A DNA stretch of 64,000 nucleotides from contig JABGRQ010000075.1 of NCBI GenBank assembly GCA_018648225.1, positions 166 through 64,165 of the forward strand. Reading direction: 5' to 3'. This document shows, piece by piece, positions 1 to 8,705 of this stretch. Source of the DNA: Chloroflexota bacterium (GTDB lineage: Bacteria > Chloroflexota > Anaerolineae > Anaerolineales > UBA11858). Numbering within the stretch: position 1 is the first letter of the stretch; each line of letters starts with the position of its first letter. The notes under the pieces are model-generated. The model was not told where the DNA came from and did not search any database. It saw only the letters and a list, made by a program, of their open reading frames with translations. A program made the translations under genes and the position numbers.

Positions 1-89
1 AAAAATCCCAAAATGCGGCATCGGATATTACAACGCCTGCTCGATATGCCCGCAAAGCTGATGAAGCGATAAAGCGAGATTGTCTAAGC

Positions 90-959
90 ATGACTACGTA
101 TGCCCCAACACTACGCTCCCAAATTGCAGTTCGATCAGCCACAGAGGATGACCGACAAAAACTGGCTACACTGATCCATTTCAGCCCCTATGTACACCGG
201 CATCTCGATTGGCGCTCTCCGCTGGATTGGTTAGGGAAAGAACCATTTTTATTGGCCGAGCGCGACAGCCAGATTGTGGCCGCTTTGGCCTGTCCGCCCG
301 ATATACCCGAACTAACCTGGGTGCGCCTGTTCGCTGTTTCGCTGGCGCTGGATTTGGATGAAGCCTGGGAAACGCTGTGGCCCGTGGCCTACCGCCAGAT
401 GGTTGGAAATGCCCCTATTGCCGCGCTCCCACTTCAGAGCTGGTTCCGCCGCATCCTGGAAAGTAGTCATTTTGATCATGCCAATGATGTTATCATGCTC
501 AAATGGAGCGATCACGGACAATCCTTAAAGGCAAAGCCATGCCATGAGGATTATTGCATCCGCCCGATGGGGTATGATGACCTTTCAGCGGTTCACAATC
601 TCGATGCTCAGGCTTTCAATCCCGTCTGGCAGCACTCCATCGAGCTTTTAAAAATTGCTTTTCAAAATGCTTCTTTCGCCACCATTGCCGAAAATCGTAT
701 CGGAATTATTGCCTATCAAATTTGTACTGTAAATGGCGGCAGCGGGCATTTGGCTCGACTGGCGGTGCATCCACAGGCACAACGCAGCGGTGTGGGCTAT
801 GGATTGTTGCGAGATGTCCTCAATAACCTTCGCCAGCGTGGCATCCGTCACGTTACCGTGAACACGCAAACAAGCAATCAGGCTTCTCTGTCACTGTACG
901 ATAAAGTTGGATTTCAACCAACCGGCGAAGTGTATCCCATTTATGCATTTGAGGCCTGA
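90..959 (+). CDS. GNAT family N-acetyltransferase
   Basis: 289-aa ORF. The C-terminal half carries GNAT motif A/B (LARLAVHPQAQRSGVGYGLL ... SLYDKVGF). The N-terminal half looks like a degenerate second GNAT lobe. Confidence 0.8.
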   Translation: MTTYAPTLRSQIAVRSATEDDRQKLATLIHFSPYVHRHLDWRSPLDWLGKEPFLLAERDSQIVAALACPPDIPELTWVRLFAVSLALDLDEAWETLWPVAYRQMVGNAPIAALPLQSWFRRILESSHFDHANDVIMLKWSDHGQSLKAKPCHEDYCIRPMGYDDLSAVHNLDAQAFNPVWQHSIELLKIAFQNASFATIAENRIGIIAYQICTVNGGSGHLARLAVHPQAQRSGVGYGLLRDVLNNLRQRGIRHVTVNTQTSNQASLSLYDKVGFQPTGEVYPIYAFEA

Positions 960-1033
960 ATGGGGCATGGAATTGCGGACTCCTTTCAGGCTGATTCTGT
1001 TCATAAGGTGTGTTCAACCTTCGCGGAGGGACT

Positions 1034-1654
1034 ATGGTAGCACAAGAAAACGCGGTCATCGTTAACGCATTAGTACGGCAAGCGTTGGTAGCTGCACAGG
1101 AAGTGATGGGCGAAAACGGGCTGAATGCGGTGCTGCGCGCCTCCGGTTTAAAACGATTTATTAATAATTTTCCACCGGATAATCTGGAACCCGGCATCGA
1201 CGCCTGGCAATATGCGCGTTTTAATGAAGCTGTTGAAGAATTTTACGGGCGCGGCGGGCGCGGCATTCTCAAGCGTATCGGGCGGGCATCTTTTCAATAT
1301 GCGATTCGCGAACAATCTACCTTGATGGGCATCGCGGGCGTGGCACTCAAAGCATTACCCAAGAAACAGCGTGTAAAATTTATACTGAATAGCATGGTTG
1401 ACGCGCTCAAGAAGAGCAATCCCCAGGTTGAAGCCTGGGCCGGTGACAAAGACGGCAAGCTGATCTATGTCGAGCGCACCTGTGCCATCTGCAACGGACG
1501 CACCAGCGATAAGCCCATTTGCCATTTGTATATTGGCTCGCTGAGTGAGGCGATCAAGTGGGCTACCGGTGATGATTATATTGTCCGCGAGACAGCGTGT
1601 ATCGCCATGGGGGATGATTTCTGCCAATTTGAAATTGACGATCCCATTAAATGA
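1034..1654 (+). CDS. V4R (4-vinyl reductase-like) domain protein
   Basis: The C-terminal Cys-rich segment CAICNG..ICHLYIGSLSEAI..ETACIAMGDDFCQFEI resembles the V4R small-molecule-binding domain. ATG 1034 follows GGAGGG; the track ORF begins at GTG 1010 without an SD. Confidence 0.6.
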   Translation: MVAQENAVIVNALVRQALVAAQEVMGENGLNAVLRASGLKRFINNFPPDNLEPGIDAWQYARFNEAVEEFYGRGGRGILKRIGRASFQYAIREQSTLMGIAGVALKALPKKQRVKFILNSMVDALKKSNPQVEAWAGDKDGKLIYVERTCAICNGRTSDKPICHLYIGSLSEAIKWATGDDYIVRETACIAMGDDFCQFEIDDPIK

Positions 1655-1735
1655 GTAAGAATCTGACGATTCAGAAGTCAGTTTGAATGGCTCAGGTTAA
1701 TACTTGTGCAAGAATCGAATTTTATGAGGAAAACA

Positions 1736-2578
1736 ATGGAAACTTACTTGGAATATTCTTTAGCCGCAGAAGGCCGCGATTTGTTTGCCTGCTATTGGCG
1801 ACCCGAAGGCGAAGTGCGCGCTGTGGTGTGCCTGGTGCATGGTCTCGGTGAGCACAGCGCTCGTTACGCGCACGTTGCCGCGGCTCTGAATCGAGCCGGA
1901 TATGCAGTAGTGGCGCTTGACCAACGCGGGCACGGGAAAACCCCCGGGCCGCGCGGCCATGTCAAAACGTATGATGTACTGCTGGATGATATTCAGCTTT
2001 TACTCGTCGACGCCGCGGACCGCTTTCCGGATGTTCCCATATTCTTGTATGGGCATAGCATGGGAGGAGGCCTGGTGCTGAATATGGCTCTGCGCCGTAA
2101 GCCCGCACTGGCAGGCGTAGTCGCTACTGCCCCCTTATTGCGGCTGGCTTTTGAACCGCCTCCCGTGAAAATATTCCTGGGACGCATGATGGATAAAATC
2201 AAACCCGATTTTACTCAGGCCAGCGGTCTTGAAACTGCCGCTATCAGCCGGGACCGTGAAGTTGTCTATGCCTATGAAAACGACCCGCTGGTGCATGATG
2301 CGATCTCCGCGCGGCTGTTCACAGGTACTTTTGATTCTGGCTTATGGGCTTTGGAACATGCCGCGGAATTTCCCTGCCCGTTGTTGATGATGCACGGCTC
2401 CGAAGATCGCCTGACATCCGCTCAGGCCAGCACGGAATTTGCCGCCGCGGCCGGGGAGCTATGCACGTTCAAAATTTGGGATGGCTTGTATCATGAAATT
2501 CACAATGAGCCTGAACAAGATCAGGTTTTGACCGTTATGGTTGCTTGGCTCGATCAGCATATGGGAGCAGCGATTTGA
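1736..2578 (+). CDS. alpha/beta hydrolase (monoacylglycerol lipase / lysophospholipase-like)
   Basis: HGLGEHSARY oxyanion region and GHSMGG nucleophile elbow, plus C-terminal DRL..H. ATG 1736 is preceded by GAGGA; the track ORF starts at 1706. Confidence 0.85.
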   Translation: METYLEYSLAAEGRDLFACYWRPEGEVRAVVCLVHGLGEHSARYAHVAAALNRAGYAVVALDQRGHGKTPGPRGHVKTYDVLLDDIQLLLVDAADRFPDVPIFLYGHSMGGGLVLNMALRRKPALAGVVATAPLLRLAFEPPPVKIFLGRMMDKIKPDFTQASGLETAAISRDREVVYAYENDPLVHDAISARLFTGTFDSGLWALEHAAEFPCPLLMMHGSEDRLTSAQASTEFAAAAGELCTFKIWDGLYHEIHNEPEQDQVLTVMVAWLDQHMGAAI

Positions 2579-3282
2579 TCGCAGCCCAGGAAACTGAAAC
2601 GCTCCCAGAAACAGAGGCGGTTCCCTGGGATGCGCGTGATGCCTGGCTCGGTGCCGGGTTACTATTCTTTGTAATGCTTGGGCTGTTGGTGTTTTTGTAT
2701 TTCCTGCCAAATTTGGATATGAGCCTGATTCTGGCGGGCAGTGAACTGGCGTTGTTAGTACCCGTATGGTGGCTGGCTGTGCGTAAATATGGCGCTTCCT
2801 GGCGCACATTGGGGTTGCGAAAATTTACTCCGGTGGCGCTGGGAATTGGCTGCGGGTTGATGATTCTCTCTTGGGGTTTTAATCTGGTATATAGTCTTTT
2901 TCTGGCATTATTTAATGCGCGTGCGCAGCCTGATTTTTCGCCCATTTTTGCCGATGCATCTTTCCCCTGGTTGATTCTTGTGGCTGGCGCAGTGATTGCC
3001 CCATTTGTGGAAGAGATTATCTTCCGGGGCTTCATTTTTGCCGGATTCAAAGCGCGCTATGGTTGGGTAAAAGCCGCTGTGCTGAGTTCTGGCCTGTTTG
3101 CGATCATCCATTTTCAACCCCTGGCAATCATTGGCATCTTCTTGATGGGCATGATCTTCGCATTTCTGTATCATTACAGTGGCTCAATTTGGCCGGCAAT
3201 TATCATGCATATGTCCACCAATCTTTTGGCGTTGGGGGCCGCACTAATATTAGCGCGTTTCCCGGAACTGGCTGGCGTCTGA
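2545..3282 (+). CDS. CPBP family intramembrane glutamic endopeptidase (CAAX protease-like)
   Basis: Multi-TM protein with APFVEEIIFRGF (EExxxR), FAIIHF and IIMHMSTN motifs. An alternative TTG start at 2575 overlaps the upstream stop. Confidence 0.85.
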   Translation: MARSAYGSSDLIAAQETETLPETEAVPWDARDAWLGAGLLFFVMLGLLVFLYFLPNLDMSLILAGSELALLVPVWWLAVRKYGASWRTLGLRKFTPVALGIGCGLMILSWGFNLVYSLFLALFNARAQPDFSPIFADASFPWLILVAGAVIAPFVEEIIFRGFIFAGFKARYGWVKAAVLSSGLFAIIHFQPLAIIGIFLMGMIFAFLYHYSGSIWPAIIMHMSTNLLALGAALILARFPELAGV

Positions 3283-3323
3283 CCTTCAACAATTGTTTTT
3301 AGGCTTTGATCGGCTCGTTGAAT

Positions 3324-3363
3324 GAGAAACTGCTAAGAGTTTGAGCAGTTTCTCTTTTATTTT
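3324..3363 (+). terminator. rho-independent terminator after the CPBP gene
   Basis: 11-bp stem gagaaactgct / agcagtttctc (3324-3334 / 3344-3354) followed by ttttatttt. Confidence 0.6.
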
Positions 3364-3364
3364 C

Positions 3365-3393
3365 TGGACAAGCCGCGCGGGTCGTGGCAAAAT
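3365..3393 (+). promoter_or_regulatory. candidate sigma-70-type promoter for the DsbA-like gene
   Basis: TGGACA, then 17 nt, then TGgCAAAAT (extended -10-like), about 120 nt upstream of ATG 3512. Sequence pattern only. Confidence 0.3.
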
Positions 3394-3511
3394 GCTTCAT
3401 AGAATGGGGATGTGCGGGGCGCGGCTCATTTCGCATGTCCCAATTTTGTCGAAACTTCCTCTGCGAAAGCGTAAGCCTGAGCAGTCACAGAATAATTCTT
3501 TGGAGGTATTT

Positions 3512-4228
3512 ATGCAAAGTCGTCAAGCAATACAAGCGCGGCGTCGTCAGCGGCAGAAACAGCAGCGTATGACGATGGTGATGGTCATTAGTGGCGTGGT
3601 TCTGATTTTGGCTGCACTCTTGATGCTGCCGTCTATTCGATTGGCAATGACCCCTGTGGGTGAGATTATTCACCCTGAGTTGGTAGAACGCCCCCTGGTG
3701 GATGGCAGCGCAATGGGCGATCCGAATGCCCCGGTTGTCATTCATGGATATTCAGATTTTGGCTGTGGACATTGTGCCAACTTCTCAGAAGGTACCGGAC
3801 TTGAAATCGCAGAAACCTATGTGGCTTCCGGCCAGGTTTATTTTGTAGATCACAGCGTGGGGCTTTTGCTGGGGTCTGAGGTTTCTTTCCAGTTAGCTGA
3901 GGCCGCTTATTGCGCCGCCGATCAGAACAAATACTGGGAATTTCACGATTATATTTTTGCTAACCAGCTCACAATTTATTCCTCCACCAATGTCCCCGTT
4001 GAGAAGTATGTAACAGCGTTTGCAGAAGCGATTGAGTTAGATATGGATGCGTTTTCAAGCTGCTATAAATCTAACGCCCATCGCGACCAGGTTCAACAAG
4101 ACCAACTGGATGCTGTGCAAGCGGGCATCAATTCTACGCCCAGCTTTACTGTAAATGGTGAGTTGCTCATCGGCAATTTGCCCTTCGCCGATTTCCAGGC
4201 CGCTATCGAAACTGCGTTGTCGCAGTAA
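3512..4228 (+). CDS. membrane-anchored DsbA-family thiol:disulfide oxidoreductase
   Basis: Basic N-terminus plus one TM helix, then a thioredoxin fold with FGCGHCANF (CxxC). ATG 3512 is preceded by GGAGG; the track ORF extends to 3341. Confidence 0.8.
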   Translation: MQSRQAIQARRRQRQKQQRMTMVMVISGVVLILAALLMLPSIRLAMTPVGEIIHPELVERPLVDGSAMGDPNAPVVIHGYSDFGCGHCANFSEGTGLEIAETYVASGQVYFVDHSVGLLLGSEVSFQLAEAAYCAADQNKYWEFHDYIFANQLTIYSSTNVPVEKYVTAFAEAIELDMDAFSSCYKSNAHRDQVQQDQLDAVQAGINSTPSFTVNGELLIGNLPFADFQAAIETALSQ

Positions 4229-4285
4229 ATCTTTTTTCTTCAGGCATAAAAACGGGAGCGCTGTATACACGGCGCTCCCATTTTT

Positions 4286-5020
4286 TTACATCGAGGCAAG
4301 AATCGCCACAATTAACGGAGCCAACACCAGGGCGGGTAAGAAATTCCCCACCCGGATAGGTTTAATCTCCAGAAGACTGCTAATCGCAATTCCCACCAGC
4401 ATCAGCCCCCCGGCCGCGGTCATTTCATTCATCATCGCTGTAGTAATCGTAGACTGCGCCAGCGCCGCCATCATACTAATGCCGCCCTGCACCACCAAAA
4501 CCGTGAGCGACGAGAACAGCACCCCCACGCCAAACGTAGAAGCAAATGCCAGCGCCGCAAAACCATCTAATACCGATTTGATCGCCAACAGGCTGTAATC
4601 GCCTGTCAGGCCGTCCTGGATGGATCCCAGAATTGTCATGGGACCGACGCAAAAGAGTAAGGACGAGGTCAGGAAGCCGCGCATAAAACGGATGCGGCTG
4701 GCGGACTCGCTCGGGGTGGTTTCTGCGGGTGAAGGCTTTTCGGCACCCCTGGAGAAGCGCGCTTCCAATAAGCCGCCAATCCGATTCAGGCCATCTTCGA
4801 TGCGCCACCACTCCCCCAAAATGCCGCCTACCAGGATGCTGCCCAGCACAATGATGGGATTCTCGCTATTGAGAAACATCTGGATGCCGATGGCTGCTGT
4901 AAAAAGTCCCAACCCTGCTACAACCGTGCTGCGTACGCGTTCGGGCAAGCGCGCGCCGAAAAATAACCCCAACGTTCCGCCAATCAGAACAGTGATAATG
5001 TTAATGATGGTTCCGGTCAT
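4286..5020 (-). CDS. DUF554 family membrane protein
   Basis: MTGTIINIITVLIGGTLGLFFGARLPERV... is typical of the DUF554 (YqgA-like) family. The ATGA overlap with the upstream adenosyltransferase stop fixes the start at 5020. Confidence 0.7.
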   Translation of the reverse strand: MTGTIINIITVLIGGTLGLFFGARLPERVRSTVVAGLGLFTAAIGIQMFLNSENPIIVLGSILVGGILGEWWRIEDGLNRIGGLLEARFSRGAEKPSPAETTPSESASRIRFMRGFLTSSLLFCVGPMTILGSIQDGLTGDYSLLAIKSVLDGFAALAFASTFGVGVLFSSLTVLVVQGGISMMAALAQSTITTAMMNEMTAAGGLMLVGIAISSLLEIKPIRVGNFLPALVLAPLIVAILASM

Positions 5021-5568
5021 GATGATTTTGCCAGCGTTGTATTGCGTTGGCCTGCGCTCTGGTTTTCGAGCAGTTCGAGCACAAAGCATAATGAGGATAG
5101 CCGGTTAAGATATTGGAGCAGATAGATGTTTTCAATGCTCTGTCGGTGATACAGGCCAGCCACGCGGCGCTCTGCTCGGCGCACGACGGTGCGGGCAATA
5201 TCCAGCATGGCTCCGGCTGCGGTGTCGCCGGGGACAATGAACTCTTTAGGGATGATGACCTGCTGGCTGATCGTTTCGATCTGTTCTTCCAGCCAGGCCA
5301 CGCGCTGGCTTTCGATCGTTCGGAAGCGGTGGGCGTGTTCGCGGCTGGCAGAAACCTCAGCCATGAGCTGATATAGATCGCGCTGCACCTGGATGATGAT
5401 AGGTCCGCTGAGCGGATGCATGCAAGTGTTGCGTGCGGCTCCTAGCGCCGCGTTGGCTTCATCAATGCTGCCAACGGCCTCGGGGCGTGGGTGATCTTTG
5501 GAAACGCGCTCCCCACCCAGAATTCCGGTGGTGCCGTCGTCGCCTTTTCGGGTATAGAATTTACTCAT
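5017..5568 (-). CDS. PduO-type ATP:cob(I)alamin adenosyltransferase
   Basis: N-terminal YTRKGDDGTTG...IDEANAALG signature of PduO/MMAB-type corrinoid adenosyltransferases. Confidence 0.9.
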   Translation of the reverse strand: MSKFYTRKGDDGTTGILGGERVSKDHPRPEAVGSIDEANAALGAARNTCMHPLSGPIIIQVQRDLYQLMAEVSASREHAHRFRTIESQRVAWLEEQIETISQQVIIPKEFIVPGDTAAGAMLDIARTVVRRAERRVAGLYHRQSIENIYLLQYLNRLSSLCFVLELLENQSAGQRNTTLAKSS

Positions 5569-5752
5569 GGGCGCAATTATAACCGCGATACTATGAAGAT
5601 CGTCCTAAAAAATCTGCTATACAGCCATACACGAATTTGGGTTTTTACCATATAATTGTCCAGCTATAATAATTGGCTTTAGCTGAGTGGTTTGAGAATT
5701 GCATATATGCACAAAACTTCGCCGAAATTTTTCTAAGGAAGGTACCCTATCC

Positions 5753-7816
5753 ATGAAAGAATATAAAACCGAAAATATCCGCAATATCGCTCTGGCTTCA
5801 CACAGCAGTTCAGGAAAAACCATGCTGCTTGAAGCCATACTACATGTTACCGGTGCAACAACGCGTTTGGGGCGGATTGAGGACGGCTCTACTGTTTCCG
5901 ATTATGAAGATGAAGAAATTCGGCGAGGGATATCCCTTTCCACTTCGATGGTCCCCGTCGAGTATAAGGAGTTCAAGCTAAATTTTCTGGATACTCCTGG
6001 ATATACGGATTTTGTTGGCGAAGTCATTTCGGCGCTGCGAGTCGCCGATTCGGCATTGCTGGTGGTCGATTCGGTGGCCGGTGCAGAAGTGGGCACCGAG
6101 ATTGCCTGGAATTATTGTGAGGAATTTCAACTGCAGCGCGCGATTGTGATTAATAAGATGGATCGCGACAATGCCGATTTCAAAAAGGCTTTGGCTTCGG
6201 TGCAGACGATTTCTGAGACGCGGATGTTGCCCATGCAATTGCCCTGGGGCGAAAAAGCTGATTTCAAAGGGGTGATAGATTTGCTTTCCATGAAGGCCTA
6301 TGCTGGCGCTGGCGACAAAGCGGAGGATATTCCGGCCGAATATAGCGACGAGGTAGAAGAAGCCCGCCTGGAGTTAATTGAATCAGCAGCCGAAGGTGAT
6401 GATGAATTGCTGACGAAATATCTGGATGGCGAAGAATTAAGCCCGACTGAGATTATCAGTGGTTTATGCAGCGCTATTTGTGCAGGGGAGTTGGTTCCCG
6501 TATTTGTAGCTGCAGCTACCGCTGAAATTGGTTTGTTCCCGTTGTTGGATACATTGACCAAGATGATGCCGAATCCAGCAGAACGACCAGCATCTATAGC
6601 CGAAGGCGCGGCTGGTCCCGAAGAATTGCCCATTTCCGATGCAGGGCCGTTGGCCGCGTATGTGTGGAAGACGACCGCTGACCCCTTTGTTGGGAAAATC
6701 ACGTATTATAAAGTGTATTCGGGCGTCGTCAGTGCCGACAGCCGGGTATGGAACCAGAATGTAGGTGATGAAGAGCGTTTCGGCGGCATCTCACTGATGC
6801 GCGGTAAAGAACAAATTTCTGTAAAAACAATCCATGCGGGCGATATTGGCGTTGTTGCCAAACTTGGCGATACATCAACTTCGCACACGCTGTGTGATAA
6901 AGGCCATCCGTTAGTATTGCCCGTGCCGGCCTATCCCAATGCGCTCTATCGTGTGGCGGTTAGCCCCGAAACTCAGGCCGACTCTGCGAAAGTTAGCCCC
7001 ACCCTGACTCGCTTGTGCGAAGAGGATATGACCTTATCCTGGCGTCAGGAACCCAGCACCCGGCAGACGATTTTGCAGGGCATGGGCGGTCAGCACATTG
7101 GCGTTGCCATTCGCAAAGCCGAACAGAAATTCGGGACTACGCTGCTGATGGAAGAGCCAAAGGTGCCTTACCAGGAATCGATTACCAAATCTGGCTCTGC
7201 ACAATACCGCCACAAGAAGCAATCGGGTGGCGCGGGGCAGTTTGGCGAGGTGCATTTGCGGGTGGAACCCCTGCCTGATGAAGATTTTGAATTCGCAAAC
7301 GAAGTATTTGGTGGCGCCGTTTCACAGAATTATATGCCCGCGATTGAAAAAGGTGTGCGCAATGTGATGCGTGATGGTGTTATCGCCGGGTTCCCGGTTC
7401 ATAATGTAAAAGTAGCGGTTTTCGATGGGAAAGAACATCCCGTTGACTCGAAACCCGTCGCGTTTGAAATTGCTGCCCGTGAGTGTTTTAAGCTGGCTAT
7501 GCGGCAGGCTGCTCCCGTACTTCTGGAGCCGATTATGTATGTAGAGGTTTTGGTTCCTGATTCCAATATGGGTGATATTCTCGGCGATTTGAATACCCGC
7601 CGGGCGCGCGTGCAAGGCATGGATACGGATCGCGGCAAATCGACGATCAAAGCCCATGTACCTCTGGCCGAGATGCAGCGCTATACCGCTGATCTCCGTT
7701 CTATGACCGGTGGCCGTGGTGTCTTTAGCATGGAGTTTGATCGTTACGAAACCGTGCCTTCGCATCTGATGCAAGAGATTGTTGACGCCGCTCAAAAGGA
7801 ACAAGAAGAGAAGTAA
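5753..7816 (+). CDS. elongation factor G paralogue (EF-G2-like translational GTPase)
   Basis: G1 ASHSSSGKT, DTPGYTDF, NKMD, then EF-G domains II-V. The P-loop context resembles Thermus EF-G-2 rather than canonical AHIDAGKTT. ATG 5753 follows AAGGAAGG. Confidence 0.85.
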   Translation: MKEYKTENIRNIALASHSSSGKTMLLEAILHVTGATTRLGRIEDGSTVSDYEDEEIRRGISLSTSMVPVEYKEFKLNFLDTPGYTDFVGEVISALRVADSALLVVDSVAGAEVGTEIAWNYCEEFQLQRAIVINKMDRDNADFKKALASVQTISETRMLPMQLPWGEKADFKGVIDLLSMKAYAGAGDKAEDIPAEYSDEVEEARLELIESAAEGDDELLTKYLDGEELSPTEIISGLCSAICAGELVPVFVAAATAEIGLFPLLDTLTKMMPNPAERPASIAEGAAGPEELPISDAGPLAAYVWKTTADPFVGKITYYKVYSGVVSADSRVWNQNVGDEERFGGISLMRGKEQISVKTIHAGDIGVVAKLGDTSTSHTLCDKGHPLVLPVPAYPNALYRVAVSPETQADSAKVSPTLTRLCEEDMTLSWRQEPSTRQTILQGMGGQHIGVAIRKAEQKFGTTLLMEEPKVPYQESITKSGSAQYRHKKQSGGAGQFGEVHLRVEPLPDEDFEFANEVFGGAVSQNYMPAIEKGVRNVMRDGVIAGFPVHNVKVAVFDGKEHPVDSKPVAFEIAARECFKLAMRQAAPVLLEPIMYVEVLVPDSNMGDILGDLNTRRARVQGMDTDRGKSTIKAHVPLAEMQRYTADLRSMTGGRGVFSMEFDRYETVPSHLMQEIVDAAQKEQEEK

Positions 7817-7832
7817 ATTTGCCCTGGTATAA

Positions 7833-7883
7833 ATATTAACAAAACGTCCCTATTCACAATGAACAGGGACGTTTTGTTAATAT
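7833..7883 (+). terminator. long hairpin terminator after the EF-G paralogue
   Basis: 19-bp perfect stem atattaacaaaacgtccct / agggacgttttgttaatat with a 13-nt loop, 17 nt after the stop codon. Confidence 0.6.
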
Positions 7884-7896
7884 TATGGTGTCTATT

Positions 7897-8009
7897 TTGA
7901 CAATGCCATATTCGCGAAAAGTTTCCGAAATTAGGGGGTGGAAGTGGTGCGTAGCACCACTTCCACCCCCTAATTTCGGGCTTCTTGTTTGTAATATAAT
8001 ATTTGTCAA
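7897..8009. repeat. dispersed palindromic element, copy 1 (~112 bp)
   Basis: 26-bp perfect hairpin core (7925-7950 / 7954-7979, loop gta) with conserved flanks and TTGACAAT / ATTTGTCAA ends. An inverted copy lies at 47616-47727. Confidence 0.8.
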
Positions 8010-8010
8010 T

Positions 8011-8541
8011 CTACATATATTCTCGAAATTGTAAACCGTAGCGGCTACGGGCTTCCAACCATGCTTTGCGCAGCAACTCGTAGATTTTTTCGGGATCAGG
8101 AATATTGCGCAATACAATCTCTGAATCGGATGGGTCTTGCCCGCGGATGGTAATATCACCCATGCCCATCAGGCGCTCGCCCATATTTTGCTTGAAATCA
8201 ATATCCTGGATACGAATTAACTCATAATTTTCGACTTTGCGAGCGATCAGCCCGGAGACGAGTTTGATGCGTTCTGTGGTGATGATATATGATTCTACAA
8301 CAGACAGAAAGGGGCGGCCTTTCCACAGAATTTTCTCATCTGTACCCAGTGCGGGGGTTTCGGTGTTATTCTCCATTTCAGTGCCGATAATCGCGTCAAA
8401 AGCAACCAGCATATTATCGGCAATTTTATTGACCAGCGCTTCCTGCTCTGCCTGGTTGATGATAGAAAGGTCTACCTGGCTTTGAGCAATCGCTTGCCAG
8501 ATATTGGCAACAATTTGAGCACGGATTTTATCAACAGACAT
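8011..8541 (-). CDS. bacterial PH domain (bPH_2 / YdbS-YdbT-like) protein
   Basis: ILWKGRPFLSVVESYIITTERIKLVSGLIARKVENYELIRIQDIDFKQNMGERLMGMGDITI matches the bPH_2 pattern. Confidence 0.65.
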   Translation of the reverse strand: MSVDKIRAQIVANIWQAIAQSQVDLSIINQAEQEALVNKIADNMLVAFDAIIGTEMENNTETPALGTDEKILWKGRPFLSVVESYIITTERIKLVSGLIARKVENYELIRIQDIDFKQNMGERLMGMGDITIRGQDPSDSEIVLRNIPDPEKIYELLRKAWLEARSRYGLQFREYM

Positions 8542-8652
8542 AGCTGCCTCCAGATTGATTGGTTATGGTGAGATGATTATATTTTACCTGAGGGGAACCA
8601 AAAAAAAGAGATGAGTTTGGTGGTATGACAACAAACTCATCTCTTTTGTGAT

Positions 8653-8688
8653 AATCCACATCCCCTCAAAGTTGAGGGGATGTGGATT
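8653..8688 (-). terminator. hairpin downstream of the secreted repeat protein gene
   Basis: 17-bp perfect stem aatccacatcccctcaa / ttgaggggatgtggatt. A second 15-bp hairpin lies at 8605-8646. No clear U-tract. Confidence 0.45.
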
Positions 8689-8705
8689 TGGAATACGGTT
8701 TTTAA

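Noticed and set aside
1-72. An open frame running from the window edge to a TAA at 70-72 (..KNPKMRHRILQRLLDMPAKLMKR*), possibly the 3' end of an upstream gene.
   Set aside because: Only 23 codons are visible with no motif, so it cannot be supported from the window.
4155-4598. A 147-aa plus-strand ORF opposite the DUF554 gene, and a 171-aa minus-strand ORF (2535..3050) opposite the CPBP gene.
   Set aside because: Both are shadow ORFs of membrane-protein genes whose sense frames carry family motifs.
5569-5752. A possible cobalamin riboswitch upstream of the PduO-type adenosyltransferase.
   Set aside because: The region is only ~180 bp, is AT-rich and is shared with the divergent EF-G promoter. 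No B12-box (GCCACUG-like) is visible on the relevant strand.
7854-8159. The track ORFs 7854..8159(-) and 47585..47785(+) share a peptide (TRSPKLGGG.GA...FHPLISETF.E..IVK), which could suggest a conserved small protein.
   Set aside because: The shared peptide is just the translation of the palindromic repeat element. Neither copy has an SD or sensible start. At both loci the ORF runs into unrelated flanking DNA, and one of them overlaps the real PH-domain gene.
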